DNA of 64,000 bases, from NCBI GenBank assembly GCA_038496445.1, contig JALMLS010000220.1, positions 124,001 to 188,000 on the forward strand. The letters run 5' to 3'. Made by a program: the position numbers and the translations under genes. Below are positions 39,273-54,770 of the stretch, piece by piece (position 1 is the first letter of the stretch; each line of letters starts with the position of its first letter). The stretch is from Trichosphaerium sp. ATCC 40318 (taxonomy: Eukaryota; Protista; Tubulinea). The notes under the pieces are model-generated. The model ran no database searches, was not told the origin of the DNA, and saw only the letters and a list, made by a program, of their open reading frames with translations.

Positions 39273-41193
39273 ATGAGTAAAGGGAACAACGAACCAAAAG
39301 CTCACTCAGCGCACGAAAGACGCAAGAAGCTAATGAAAATACTTCATTTCGACACTACTAATCCTCCGAAACTTCATCAGAGATCGGACTCGTACGCAAA
39401 TAGTCTTCAACTCGCCCAAACGCTTTCTTCGCATATTTTAAATCAAATACAAGACAATCATACACGTAAGGCTTCGAGAGAAACTCATATCGTTCTAAGC
39501 GCTCCATTATCAAAGTTTCTTACTTCAAGCCGTAATATGTCATCAAGAAGATCATTCCTACATAAATCAACTCCATTTGTAAAATCTGCTCTTTTCGGCA
39601 ATGCGTCAGCACGCCATGACGGAAAAGATATGAACTATTGGGACCAATACGTCAATCGTCATAATCAGCCGATAAAGGCACGTGTGGATTTTTTTTGTTT
39701 TTTTTTTTTTTGATGGATAGTTTTCTTTTGTTAACTCCTTTTTTTGGGTTTAGGATATTCGAGTTATGAGTACAATAAGAATATTGGTATCCATAAAATA
39801 GCTTTAAAACAAACAACGATTTTTTATTCGCTCTAACTATTTTTTTGTAGGCCATTGAGTGGCCTGCTGAAGGCAGAATATTACGTGGAAGGTTATATGA
39901 GCCTAAACATAAAAGCGATGAAAATGGTGTTCTGGTCATCGCATTTTCAGGATCTGGTGGTTCTTCTGAGACTCACCTAAAATCTATAGCCGTTGAGTAT
40001 ACTCTAATAGGTTGTAAGGTTAGATACGAAGCTGTGCATGGAAAATTATTTGAAAAAAATTGTATCACGTGATTTATTTTTATAAACTGTTGTATTCAGG
40101 TGCTTGCTCTTGATTACAGAGGATTTGGTGCAAGCTCTTGTCCAAATTATAAGAAAGGATCTCTTTCAGGCAGTTCAAAATACGCCAAGCCAGGTGCGTA
40201 TCCCCTTATTGTTATTAGGTTTTTTTTTTGAAGCTGCTAACTAGTTGTTTATCTGTAGGTGTTAAAAAACTACATTCAATTCACTTACTGCAAGACGGAT
40301 TGGAGTTTTATAATTGTGCTACTACTATAATAACCAACCACAAGAAGAAGGTAACCAACACCGGCAAATATTTGCTTAAATGTTGATTTTTTAAACAGGT
40401 GTACAAGCCAAAAAATATAATTATTCATGGATATTCTCTGGGAGGTCCAATAGCTGCTTATACAGCGTGCAAAGCAGCAAAAAATGATGGGTTTGTACGT
40501 GGTCTAATACTAGACAGGATAATGGCATCTGTGCACAAGGGCGTTGTTGCTAATGGTACGTACCTGTAAACAAACTTCGTGCTGTTTTGCTGTGACACTT
40601 TGGTTCCGGGTTTACAACGCTCAACTAAGAGGTTTAACTAATTGCACAGGGTTTCCATCATGGGGTGGCTCGCTAGCTTCGTTCACACATGGATCTCTCC
40701 ACACAGAAGAATGGCTAAAAGAGCTACGGGAAGTTTATAAAACAATACCCCTTCTAGTCATAGCAGCTGGTCCACAAGATCCTCTAGCGGAAGGAGATAA
40801 GCGACTAGGTACGTATCATTACTCTTCTACTACAATATCTCTTTCGAGCAATCACGGGTTTTTTTCAATGAAGTTCTTTTAAAAGTTTGACATTCTTGAT
40901 TCATTCTTCTCATCTGTTTTATAGGTTTATTCGCGGAGGTTTTGGGGTTTGATAATGCTAGAAGAGAAGTTGTAAAGGAGGCTGGACATAAAGACCATTA
41001 TCTTGTTTTTCAAGGTGTTCTAAAAGTACTGAAACACTTGATCGAGAAACATACAGATAGATTTTCAAATAGACATGTATTATCAGCTTGGTGTGGATAC
41101 CAGGGAAGGAGTCTAAGTCAATCTGCAATATCAAGTGGTTCAAGTTGGCATGGGTGTGATGATGAAGAAAAGAGTAAAAGAGACTCAACTTAG
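39273..41193 (+). CDS. Alpha/beta hydrolase resembling the MARTX toxin ABH effector domain
   Basis: VIAFSGSGGSSE; VLALDYRGFGAS; PKNIIIHGYSLGGPIAA...GLILDRIMAS; QDPLAEG; AGHKDH; several introns. Confidence 0.75.
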
Positions 41194-41947
41194 AACCAAA
41201 CAATGAAAAACAATGTTGTATCTTAGTTTTTGTTTGAAGGGATGTGGGTTAGTAAATGTTAAACACATCACTATCAATCTACATAATGCCTGTCTTTTGT
41301 TTAAATGTTAAAATAGAAGTAGTAATTAAAAGTACTTTAACACGTGACATATGTTAATGTTGTAGATCAGTACTGAGTGATATCTCAAACGAACCCCAGC
41401 AAGGTTTCAAAAAATGTTAACTAAGTAGCTTTTTGCTGTACAGGGTGCTGACACTCAACTAAGCTTATGATGCTTTCCCTGGACATATGATACATGCGAT
41501 CCAAACACCAAGTACATGTTCTCAAACTTGGGAAAGACAGATAGCAAATCGAAGAGTTCTATAAACCAAGCAAAAATTATTTTGGTACAAAAACCATATG
41601 TTTTTATTCGTTAAGTAATTGTAACCATATTACTGATGAATGTATTGAAGCGTTGACTCCACATCAATACTGTCAAGTTGTGGCTGTATTATTAACCTTG
41701 TGTTGCAGTACTCTTTTGGTGTATGTGCATTAATAGACAAAAATATGTTATGAAAAGTTGTACAAAATGTTAGATTCTTATCTGAAACAATAACTGACAA
41801 AAAAACACGTGCAATTTTTTTATGCGCATAACTGAAAGCGTTTATTGTACAAGTATATTTTCACAAGAAGTTTTTTTTACACAAGGTATTTAGGTAACTT
41901 TTTTTTTTATCGGAAGTTACAAAAAAATCGAATAATCAGTACTAACT

Positions 41948-44830
<2,883 letters not shown>

Positions 44831-44989
44831 AGATTGTAATTACTAATTTATTACACTCGATCAGTAATACGTCGATGTGTAAATAAACACCCAAGAGCTG
44901 TTACGATCGACTTTTGAATAAATTTGGACTCCACAAAACCAAATAAGGCAATATTTTACTATTCTACAAAAAACTATTTCTTTACAAAC

Positions 44990-45955
44990 TTATGAAGCTT
45001 CTCCAGCAGCCCTCAATGATATCAAGTCCACCTTCGTAGGCACACTAGTGGCGCCAAGGAAAAAGTCGTAGATTACATGATGTTCAATATTCAATGCCGC
45101 CTCCTGCAGCTCGTCCAGGAACTTGTACCCATCAACTAACGATCTGACTGTTGCAATAGGTACTACAAGCGTTGCATCGTCTGGGTTAATGATCGCAACA
45201 CGCAATTCATAGGCTGTCAGCATCGTTTGACGTTTTTGAAGGACGAAGATATTTTTCCATGTTTTGACCTCGTCTACCCATTTGTATAGCGTCTGGCTCC
45301 CTACTCGTTGCCTCTCCCGTAGTTTAAGTGTTGAAGGCTTGAAATTAAACCAGGATGACACTTTTGTTTCGAATACAGCGCTTGGCATCTTGTCTTCTAC
45401 TACAACTTCGCATTTGCCTTCGGTTACTGATTCACATAAATCCGTCCATTCTTTTGTTGTAATATCATCCAGAGGGTGTATTTCGTACTCTTTTTTATTC
45501 TTTTTGGGCGTCAGGAAAGCGTAAATTATTTTTCCCGTATTTAAAGTACAGCGGACCAAGAATACAGAGAGGATGGTTGGAACAACTACTGGTGTTACTG
45601 CGCACGCTGCTGTCCCAATAGTGACGGCGGTTGGTACGACAGTTGCGGTGAGGGTTGTAGTAGCTGAGGCACCAACCACACCTACCAATGCTGACGCAAC
45701 TAGTTTTCCAACGCCATTTAATAGTGTTGCGCCTACAGGACTGCTCATAACTCGAGCTACAAGCACTGTCCACACCCATAGCGTCAAAGCCGTTTTTTCT
45801 GAGCCGCTAGCTTTGTGTAAATTGAGTTCCTTCGATACTCCAGTAATTTCCCCAGCAGCTGATGCGCACGCGTGTGTGAGGGTTACAGGAACAAGCGTTG
45901 TTCCTATAGTAACCCAAACAACATCGCCGACCGCTGCGGGTAAAGCAAGGGCCAT
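44990..45955 (-). CDS. Intronless 321-aa protein of unknown function with Ala/Val/Thr/Gly-rich hydrophobic N-half
   Basis: Uninterrupted ATG-to-TAA ORF; no motif recognised. Confidence 0.7.
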   Translation of the reverse strand: MALALPAAVGDVVWVTIGTTLVPVTLTHACASAAGEITGVSKELNLHKASGSEKTALTLWVWTVLVARVMSSPVGATLLNGVGKLVASALVGVVGASATTTLTATVVPTAVTIGTAACAVTPVVVPTILSVFLVRCTLNTGKIIYAFLTPKKNKKEYEIHPLDDITTKEWTDLCESVTEGKCEVVVEDKMPSAVFETKVSSWFNFKPSTLKLRERQRVGSQTLYKWVDEVKTWKNIFVLQKRQTMLTAYELRVAIINPDDATLVVPIATVRSLVDGYKFLDELQEAALNIEHHVIYDFFLGATSVPTKVDLISLRAAGEAS

Positions 45956-46185
45956 AATTCAATAGTTTTCTTCCGAAACGCTTTGTTTGGTAGAATTGCA
46001 GTTTAGTTGACTTGACCAACCAAGTTTTAGGTCACCCTAGTAATATTAGACATACAAAAGGTACGTACTCCGTAAGGCTCAAACGTACTCCGAGCACTTT
46101 GTAAGGCGTTTAGCTAAACAATGATCGCCTTTTACATTTCTTGTGTTTTTTATTCGTACCAACATAACTGTAGTACGCAATCGCT

Positions 46186-47811
46186 ATGACATCACTTCTC
46201 CTGGACGCTCTCCCGGTAGAGATTCTAACGATGATCATTGACAATGACGTTGAGAGCTATATTAAATGGCCTGTACTTTGTCGCTACACCGCTTTAACGC
46301 GTTTCGATGACTCATTTCGCAAATGCGGCGTGTTTAAAACAGCTTGGCGTTCTGGAAGTCTTCGTAAACGTTTTAGCTTCAAAGACGGTAAGCCAGATGG
46401 ACTTTGCATTTCGTGGTTCGATGGCGGTAACGTTTCCGAGCGCGTACTTTACAAAAATGGCCAAAAACACGGGGAGAGTACTCAGTGGTCCAGAACCGGT
46501 CAGATGCTTAAACAGGGCTCCTACTGTAACGGAAAGCTGCACGGGGACAGTAAAACGTGGACAGTGGAAGGTAAATTAGAGTCAGAAGGAAAATACGAAA
46601 ACGGTTTGTGTCTCGAGTATTTGGACACTAAAAAGGGAAGGTTAACAAAGAAATCGTATAAGAACAGCGAACTAGAAAAACGAGTCATCTTTGACGCGAA
46701 AACGAACAAAAAATTGTATGAACGTACACGTGTTGGCAGTGATTTATTCCAATCTATTAAATATGATAGCGATGGTTTTGTTGTTCGTAAATATACTGAA
46801 ACAGGGCAAGGTAAGTTTGAAGGAAAGTATGAAGAGTGGTATACAAAAGATTCCCCGAAAGAACAATTTTTCTATGTTGATGGAAGGAAAGAAGGCGAGT
46901 GTAAGGAGTGGTACACAAATGGACAAATGAAACTGTTGTTTGGTTGGTCAAACGAGAAATTTGATGGTAGATACGAGTCGTGGTTTATCAATGGTCAACG
47001 TAATATTAAAACAACCTACAGCAACAACAAAAAAGATGGGGAGTATAAACAGTGGTTTGAAGATACCGGAAAATTACAAGAACATAGTTTCTACAAAGAC
47101 GATAACCTTCATGGTAATTTCAAGACATGGTACCATAACGGACAAATAAGGAGGAGTTGTTTCTATGTAAATAATTGTCTGGAAGGAGAGGATATTGAAT
47201 GGCATGATAATGGTATTATTTACTCGAAAGGTTTTTCTAAAAATAGGTTAAGAAAAGGAAGATTGATAACTCAATACAGGGATGGTTCTCTCACACAAGA
47301 AGAGTTTTATGACGACAACGGGAGAATTACAGGAGAAAAGAAACGCTGGCATAACAATGGCAAATTAGCTAGTAAGACATTGTACAAGGATGGTGATGCT
47401 GTTGGAAAAGTGGTAAGTTGGTATGATAACGGACAAGTACAATGTGTTGAATGTTATTCTGATGGTGAGCTAAACGGGTTATTCCAGAGCTATTACAGCG
47501 ATGGACAGAAATCATGTGAGATTTTTTATCATAACGGAACAAGAGGGTGTGTTACACGTTGGTATCCTGACGGTACTATAAAGCATAAAACTTTTAATAG
47601 TATAGAATGTATCGATACAAGCGGAAAAAATGGACCAAAGTATTGTGATGCATGTGAAGAAGTTGAATGTAAAGAGTATCATCAGAATGGCAAAGTGAAG
47701 ATGGAATACGTTTATTTTAGAGGGTATAAGAAGAAAGGGAGTATTGTAAGTGAGTATGACGCTGATGGATCATTAATAAGCAAGCAAACTTGGAGATACA
47801 GCAATCGTTAA
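46186..47811 (+). CDS. Intronless F-box-like + MORN-variant (YwqK-type) repeat protein
   Basis: LLDALPVEILTMII...LCR at the N-terminus; many GxxxxWYxNGQxxxxxxYxxGxxxG repeats. Confidence 0.9.
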   Translation: MTSLLLDALPVEILTMIIDNDVESYIKWPVLCRYTALTRFDDSFRKCGVFKTAWRSGSLRKRFSFKDGKPDGLCISWFDGGNVSERVLYKNGQKHGESTQWSRTGQMLKQGSYCNGKLHGDSKTWTVEGKLESEGKYENGLCLEYLDTKKGRLTKKSYKNSELEKRVIFDAKTNKKLYERTRVGSDLFQSIKYDSDGFVVRKYTETGQGKFEGKYEEWYTKDSPKEQFFYVDGRKEGECKEWYTNGQMKLLFGWSNEKFDGRYESWFINGQRNIKTTYSNNKKDGEYKQWFEDTGKLQEHSFYKDDNLHGNFKTWYHNGQIRRSCFYVNNCLEGEDIEWHDNGIIYSKGFSKNRLRKGRLITQYRDGSLTQEEFYDDNGRITGEKKRWHNNGKLASKTLYKDGDAVGKVVSWYDNGQVQCVECYSDGELNGLFQSYYSDGQKSCEIFYHNGTRGCVTRWYPDGTIKHKTFNSIECIDTSGKNGPKYCDACEEVECKEYHQNGKVKMEYVYFRGYKKKGSIVSEYDADGSLISKQTWRYSNR

Positions 47812-48415
47812 CTTTTCACTGTAGACTCAAAAGCCGAAGTTTAAGTCAATTGTTTACACATTAATAAATTAGAATTCTACTGTTACAATGTAATGACCAA
47901 CAATTGGATATCATTGTACAACATACTTTACTTTAATCATAACAACAGAAATTCAAAAACAATTATGAGACAATGCTTTGACCAGAGAGAGGGGGCAGGG
48001 ATAATATATATACTACCCTAAATTATATTATTTACTAAAACACTACAACTTTGTAAAAGACCACTCACGTTTGGTAGTAAACACGTGACTTTCTACTCTT
48101 ACCATTACATTAATTAATCAATATTAATATTTCAATCAGATAGCTTGCTGAGTCTCAAAAGGGTTGCCTATACAACAACCCATCTTAAAAGACTAGATTT
48201 AGAATTAGCTAAAAATAGCATTACTTCAACCCAAATTTTGTTTCATTTTATTGCCTCGTTTAGTAGCAGCAAAATAGCTACAAAGTCCAAAAGAAATATC
48301 TAACTCTTTATTGTGATACAGTGATTGGTATCATCACTAAGCGCTGACTTTAACTCATTTTTCACATTGGCAACGAAATCAGTGAAGCTGACACATACCA
48401 TGAGACTTGCAGTAG

Positions 48416-49531
48416 CTAAAAATCGCGCGACCAGTTACAGTCAGCATCATTGCAGTCTAGATAGTCAATCATTCTCTGTGTTATTTGAGTATTTATATAA
48501 TGAATGTAGTCAATGCTTGTTAAATTCCTAACGCCATCATCAGTGATTTGTAAACATTGGTTTAAACATATTTCCTTAACACCAATAAGACTGCTCACTC
48601 CTTTGTCTGTTATGTTTCGACATTCGCAGAGGCTAATGAATTTAACACCAACCAAGTATTGTAATCCTTTATCTGTCACAGATGTATGATCAAGCAAAAT
48701 TGTATGTACTCCAGCAAGTGCCTTTAAAGTACTATCGTCAACACAATCAAGCTCTGAAATATCTATGACTTTTACACCTGCCAATAGTTTTATCCCGTCA
48801 TTTGTTACTGATCTACAACCACACAAGTCAATCTGATGTACACCTGCCAAACATGACAGTGTGTCATCTTTCAGTTGTGAACAATTATACATATCTATAC
48901 AAGGTATACCAGCCAGTAGTTTCAACACATTGTTTGATATCTGAGAGCAACTGTCAAGATTAATTTTTTTGATTTTGTTTGTTGTTTGATTTTGTGTTAA
49001 CAGGTACTTTACTCCTTCGTCTGTAATTTTGCTACATTCACTAAATGATATTGCGCTTGCATTTGTTAGCGCTTTTACACTTTTATCTGTAATATCACAT
49101 CCATCAAGCTGTATTTTGTGTACACTACCTGAAATAGCAATAACACCTTTATCAGTGATGTATCCACAATATGATAAATTAATAGTATGTACTCCAGAGA
49201 GTGCTTCAAGACCTGCATCCGTTACATCTATTGTTGAAATATCAATTGTATGAATGCTACCAGATAGATTTTTAAAGTCATCATCAGCCATTGGAATATT
49301 GATAATAGTTATTTTGGTATTTTTTAAAAGAGGACTTCCGTTCAGCTTGAGTAGATTTTCTCTTGACCTGACATCCACCTTAAAATACCCCAAATGCTGT
49401 AAAATGATTGTAGAAAAGAGTTTACAAACAAATGTTGCAGATATACGGCATTTCTTGCCCAAGAACACCAGAATACAAAATATAATTTCCATTGGCAGAT
49501 ACAGTAATTCTAATGGCCTACGAATACTCAT
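48416..49531 (-). CDS. Intronless F-box-like/LRR protein (copy B)
   Basis: ATG at 49531; LLYLPMEIIFCILVFL...FVCKLF; LxGVxxIxLxxCxxITDxG repeats. Confidence 0.9.
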   Translation of the reverse strand: MSIRRPLELLYLPMEIIFCILVFLGKKCRISATFVCKLFSTIILQHLGYFKVDVRSRENLLKLNGSPLLKNTKITIINIPMADDDFKNLSGSIHTIDISTIDVTDAGLEALSGVHTINLSYCGYITDKGVIAISGSVHKIQLDGCDITDKSVKALTNASAISFSECSKITDEGVKYLLTQNQTTNKIKKINLDSCSQISNNVLKLLAGIPCIDMYNCSQLKDDTLSCLAGVHQIDLCGCRSVTNDGIKLLAGVKVIDISELDCVDDSTLKALAGVHTILLDHTSVTDKGLQYLVGVKFISLCECRNITDKGVSSLIGVKEICLNQCLQITDDGVRNLTSIDYIHYINTQITQRMIDYLDCNDADCNWSRDF

Positions 49532-49624
49532 ATTAGTACTACAAAAAGAGGCTACTAATTTGAGCAACAAACAGCTTAATTTATGGCGCACAATACGTAC
49601 TCTGAAGATTGAAGCATCGCTTTA

Positions 49625-49781
49625 GCTGCAAATGTTGTTCAAGGTCGTGATTTCTACAAACACAACCAAAACGGCTTTCATAGAATACGACAAAACTGTC
49701 AGGAATGGTTTTGAACTAACGATAATCTGGTCAACTCCAGTGTGAACATAATTCAGACCTACCTTGAACAACATTTACAGC
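49625..49781. repeat. 21-bp inverted repeat (1 mismatch) flanking ~115 bp upstream of LRR copy B
   Basis: gctgcaaatgttgttcaaggt (49625-49645) versus accttgaacaacatttacagc (49761-49781). Confidence 0.85.
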
Positions 49782-50165
49782 AATCACGTGATTTCCTACA
49801 ACAATGCTGTAAAAGAGGTTTCGCCATTAGACTGTGTTATTTTTCAAAACGAACAGGCTACTTCAATATTTAAACCCATTCTTTGTAGTGCCCTGTACTT
49901 ACACGTTAACAATGGGCTGTAACAAAAATTGGTTCGTGAACAGCTAGCCTTAAAGTAGTTTAGTGTTCTTATAACATTCGTACATTCTCGGTAACATGAG
50001 AGATCAGTACGTAATGATAAACATCGAAATAATTTGTTTAAGAGACATAAACAAAGTTTGTTCCGATATACAGGTAACATCAAAATGATTGTTATAACGC
50101 TGGCAGTAGCTGAATGTAGTTGTAATTTTATTTATCTCGACAAAAAACAAAACAAATAATACGTG

Positions 50166-53100
50166 CTACCATTGCTTATTACTTCTTCTTCGCTTGGAGT
50201 TGTTATTATACCTTTGTAAAAAAAAAATTAACAAGTGAAACGAATGGAAAAGAAAGACAATAACAACACATACGATCCTCCTGAATACCTCCTTCTCTTA
50301 TGGCTTCTGCGTGTATCAGATGACTGAGGTTTAATATAACTACCATCACTCTGAAGACCACTACGTCTTGTAGGTGGACTTCTTTCTCTACCACTTGAGC
50401 GCCTCTCAACAACGATTTCTCTCTTCCCAGTATTTCCACGTCCACTTCTGGAACTCTCTCTAGAGTCTCCGTTAGACCCACCATGAGATTGATCCTCTTT
50501 ATCGCGCATCGTCAGGCTTATCCTCCCTGCAAACAAATTAGCATGAAATTTTCATCTCGATTTTTTTTTCTCAAAACTCTCACCTCTTTGTATCTTTGTA
50601 ACACGCACAGATAATATCTGTCCAATCTTTAAAACATCACATACATTATCACAATTAGGTTTAACTTGAGAATGATGAAGTAAGCCATCCTGACCAACGC
50701 CAATATCACAAAAAGCACCAAAATCAGTCAAGTTAGTTACTTTTGCTTCAACAACAGCATCAACAGCCAAGTCTTCAACTTTTTTGATTTTCTTTCTAAA
50801 AATCGTCTTTGGAAAGTCAACACGTAGGTCCTCTTCATATCCACTAAGTGCTTTTATCATATGAGCAAAAGTTAAAAGTCCAACATTGTTCTCTGTAGCC
50901 CATTTTACTTCTTTCGCCATGTTTATATTTTTTAGTTTTTCTAACATTTCTCTTCGTTCCTTTGAACCTTCCTCAAATAGTACTGGTTCATACTTACCCA
51001 TAAGATGTTCTAAAAAAGACTCAACCTTGTTGTAAGATTCAGGGTGAATTCCAGTAGCATCTAAAGGATTTGAACCGTTTAGGATACGTAAGAAACCGCT
51101 TGCTTGTTGAAAAACTTTATCATTTACTCCTGATACTTTTTTCAATTGTTCTCTATTCTTAAACTTTTTTATCTTATCTCTGTAGTCAACAATATCATCC
51201 GCTATGTCCTCAGTCATACCTAAAATAAAAAATCTAAGAACAAAAGAAGAACACACAAAAACACGTGACGAAGACGGTCAGACAACCAAAAAAAAAGAAA
51301 ACAAAAACAATAAAAAAGAGCAATACCAGAAATATGTTGAAGTAAACAAGCACTTGCTACGTTCAGGTTGGCACCAACATCATTAACACATTGTACAACA
51401 ACATCATGAGAAGCTTCCTTAAGTGTCTCTTGGTCAACATCATGTTGATACATACCAACACCACAAGACTCAGGTGGAATCTTAACCTACAAGAAAACAA
51501 CATCAACAATAAAACAATACTTTACCACACTTTATCAAAAAAACAAGCGTACGCACCAACTCACTAAGAGGATCTTGAAGTCTTCTTGCAATAGAAATTG
51601 CACCTCTGTAACTTATGTCAATATGTGGAAACTCCTCTTGCGCAATCATACCAGCGGAGTACACTACATAACTCGTTGAATATTTTGACTCTCAAGAGAG
51701 AGCAGAACGCTAAAAATACATACCAGAAGCTCCAGTTTCTGAAACGATTGCGTATTTTAACTTTCTACCCACAGATGTTTTTGCATCACGTATAGCATTA
51801 CTTACAAATTCTTCTGTTTGTCTACAGCCCTGGCCATTTCCAATGGCTATAACATTCACATTATGCTAGAAATAGTACACATTAGACACCAGTTCTTAGT
51901 TCAAGCAAAAAAGCAGCAGGTTGAGAAAAGGAAAAAAACAAACTGAACGCTACCTTCATCGCAAGCTCTAACATCCATGTTGTAGCATATGTAGTATCAC
52001 TCTTTGGCGGCAAAGGAAATATTTTATCAAATCCTAAGAGTTTACCATGTTTATCGACAATGGCTAGCTTGCATCCATGCTTAAAACCTTAAACTAAAAG
52101 TTAAGTTGAAAAAATCAAAAAAAAACATCACCTGGATCTAAAGCAAGAACACATATATCGTGTACTGGTGGTGCTAATAGTATACTCCTTAAGTTTCTTC
52201 CAAAGACTGTAACAGCATGTGCTTCACTTGTAGACCGTAATTCTTTAAATACTTCTTTAGAAAACAAAGGATGAAGGTACTCCGTAAATGCAGTACTAAC
52301 AGCATCTTTTAGAATTTTTGATATCTGAAAAAAATAAAAAAATAAGAACACAGCGAGCATTCGTTGTCATTGTCTAAATGACTTGTTACCTTTGTACATG
52401 ATCTACCTCTTTTAAGTTTATCTACATAGTGTTTTTCAATACTTGTGAGAAGGATAGACTCGTTTACTGTCAAGGTTAAACTTAGTGCTTTCTCTTTTTC
52501 ACTAAATACTTTAGTAATTGCTTAAACAAAGTTATGTGTTGTACCCTCTAAATAGTGCCAATGCTTGATGTGGTGCCACCTGATCTAATGATTTCTTCCA
52601 CTTGAAGTATGCTTTGTAGTTTTGTGCTGTTCTTGATCGTTCATTACTACGCCTACTGCACAGTGTAGCTACATGCACTCAGTTCACAATGCCAACCTTA
52701 CACTTTTGTTATCGTACCTGTACCATAATATCTACGTAACTCCTTCTTAAGATAAGTAGAAGATGCTATTGTCTCAGCTAGTATCATCACTACACCGTCC
52801 ATGATATATCCATCCCTAGTATCTTTTCCAAAATCGGACAGAGCTTTATCAAATTCTTCATCTGATATTGTTGTAGTGTTCCACAACATCTAATTCATGA
52901 ACCTGAATAATCACGTGACAAAATATAAAAAACTATACCTCTGCGAGTTTGTCACAACCTTTTTCTCTAGCAGCAGAAGCCTTAGTTTGTGTCTATAAAC
53001 AGTTAGAAATGACTTTGTTTCAAGTTCGTAAAACCATGTTGAAAGGAGCAATAATATCCTCCAATTCATTCATATTCCACGTATTCGCAATTTCCATGCG

Positions 53101-53435
53101 TAAATCAGGTGTCAGAAGCTGTTTGCGGTCTAGTTTTGACGTTATCTCTAGTTTTCTGTTTCTAATTGTTGCAAAGTGGTTCCATGAGCGTAGTATGCTC
53201 TGAATATCTGCTGGGGCGAGCCCTTGCGTTTCTTCTTTTCTGTATCGCGCAATAAACGGAACTGTGCATTTTTCATCAACCTTGGACGCGTTACCATTGC
53301 ATAAAACGGACTTTTAACGATTTTTACCAGCAATTTTAACGTATTTTCAATTTGCGTGCTTGTATACGACGGTAGGGCGTTATCAATTAATTCTACAACA
53401 GCCCCAATGCTATTGTCGCCTCTGATTGCTGTCAT
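50166..53435 (-). CDS. SRBD1: Tex-like / S1 RNA-binding domain protein
   Basis: FIARYRKE; LALDPG|FKHGCKLA; [10 protein letters not shown]; [11 protein letters not shown]|[17 protein letters not shown]; HhH; [12 protein letters not shown]; S1 [22 protein letters not shown]. Confidence 0.9.
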
Positions 53436-53669
53436 CCTGTAACGCGAGAACGTGCTACACCGTAGATGCAACGAAACGTACTGGCGAGGGTGTATTTTTG
53501 CTGAGCAGCTTTTGTTGATGGTCAATTGTTGGTAAAGGCAATGTAGCCTACTAAGGCTTGAACAAGGTCAGTACAGCGTGAGTACAAAGAGTAGCAGGGT
53601 GTCATTTAAAATCACGTGCTTTATTAAAAAAAGACGTTAAGGCGACATGTACAAGCGATATTATGACTG

Positions 53670-54546
53670 GATATTAATCCAATCGTTGTTTTGGAATCTC
53701 TCGTGTGCCAGAAAACAAAAACATGCTAATGCTAACTAAAAGTACCATACTACCTCCAAACAGAAGCTACATAGTGTTAATACGTATTCTTAAACCATAA
53801 AATACAACAAGAAGCTCGTGAAAGCTATGTTTGTGACGAAATAAAAAAATTATTTGAAAATTTTTTTTGTAACGTATAAATACTGTACCTTGGATGCAAG
53901 TCTCGAAAACCGTGCAAACGCAGCGTATTGCTCAAAAACAGCGCCTTTAGCGACGATAGCGTTCAATAAACCAGAAAAGCATAGAGAGTAAACTATGCAC
54001 TTAGCCAAAAATATGAGGGTGTCCTATACGTGTTAGAGGGTAAGGCGTGGTTGCGGTTTAACCCAGTGGTGTAACGGTTACCCATGAATTATTATAATAA
54101 TTTGAATGGTTCATTATTAGCGCTACGACGCGCACTAGAGTGGTTTTACGCTTACCTTACTATTTTCTGACAAGGTTAGGATTGGAATAACCATTGCTAC
54201 TCCGAGACCAATTATCCATCCTATTACGCTTGAAGTAAACGCCTGCAATGCGTTATTAGCCAATAAAACCAAAAAAATGTCGAAACTAAAGCGTACTGAC
54301 TGCCAATGGTCGCGTGAGAACATCTCACTTACATTTGAGAGGATGGAGTCCGTGTCGCCACTTTAATTGTTTAGATTGGACAACAAAAAATTCCGTACTT
54401 TTGAGGCGCAAGCAATAGCAAGAACAGCACTATACCTTCGAGTCCAGCGAATATAAGCTAAAAAATAAATTATTTTGTAAAAACGCCTTGCTTTTTCCCA
54501 AAAGAGTTACCGAAACGCTCGCATGGTTCATCAAACTGCGTGTCAT
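53670..54546 (-). CDS. Small multi-exon membrane protein of unknown function
   Basis: Hydrophobic exons IGWIIGLGVAMVIPILTL and LIFLAKCIVYSLCFSGLL flanked by GT/AG sites; ends uncertain. Confidence 0.4.
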
Positions 54547-54770
54547 GCTACCAATGTTTTGTAATCACAGAAATAATTAAGTTATAATTCTTTTGAAACA
54601 CAGTATTCTGTTACAGTTTCGCGTAAGCGCATTGCTGTATAGTTCAGGAGTATTCTGTGCTATGGTCATTCACAGTTTGACGCCTTGGACCGTTCATTTT
54701 AGCCGTTAATTTCAAGGCTTTTGGGCGGTAAAACCGTTCTATCCAAAAATTCAAAACTACACAACCACAC

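Noticed and set aside
44990-49531. Complete provirus or Polinton
   Set aside because: No capsid, polymerase, packaging ATPase, integrase or terminal repeats
49029-49625. Plus-strand ORFs over the LRR genes (also 14423, 58465-59544, 63392)
   Set aside because: Antisense shadows of repetitive coding sequence
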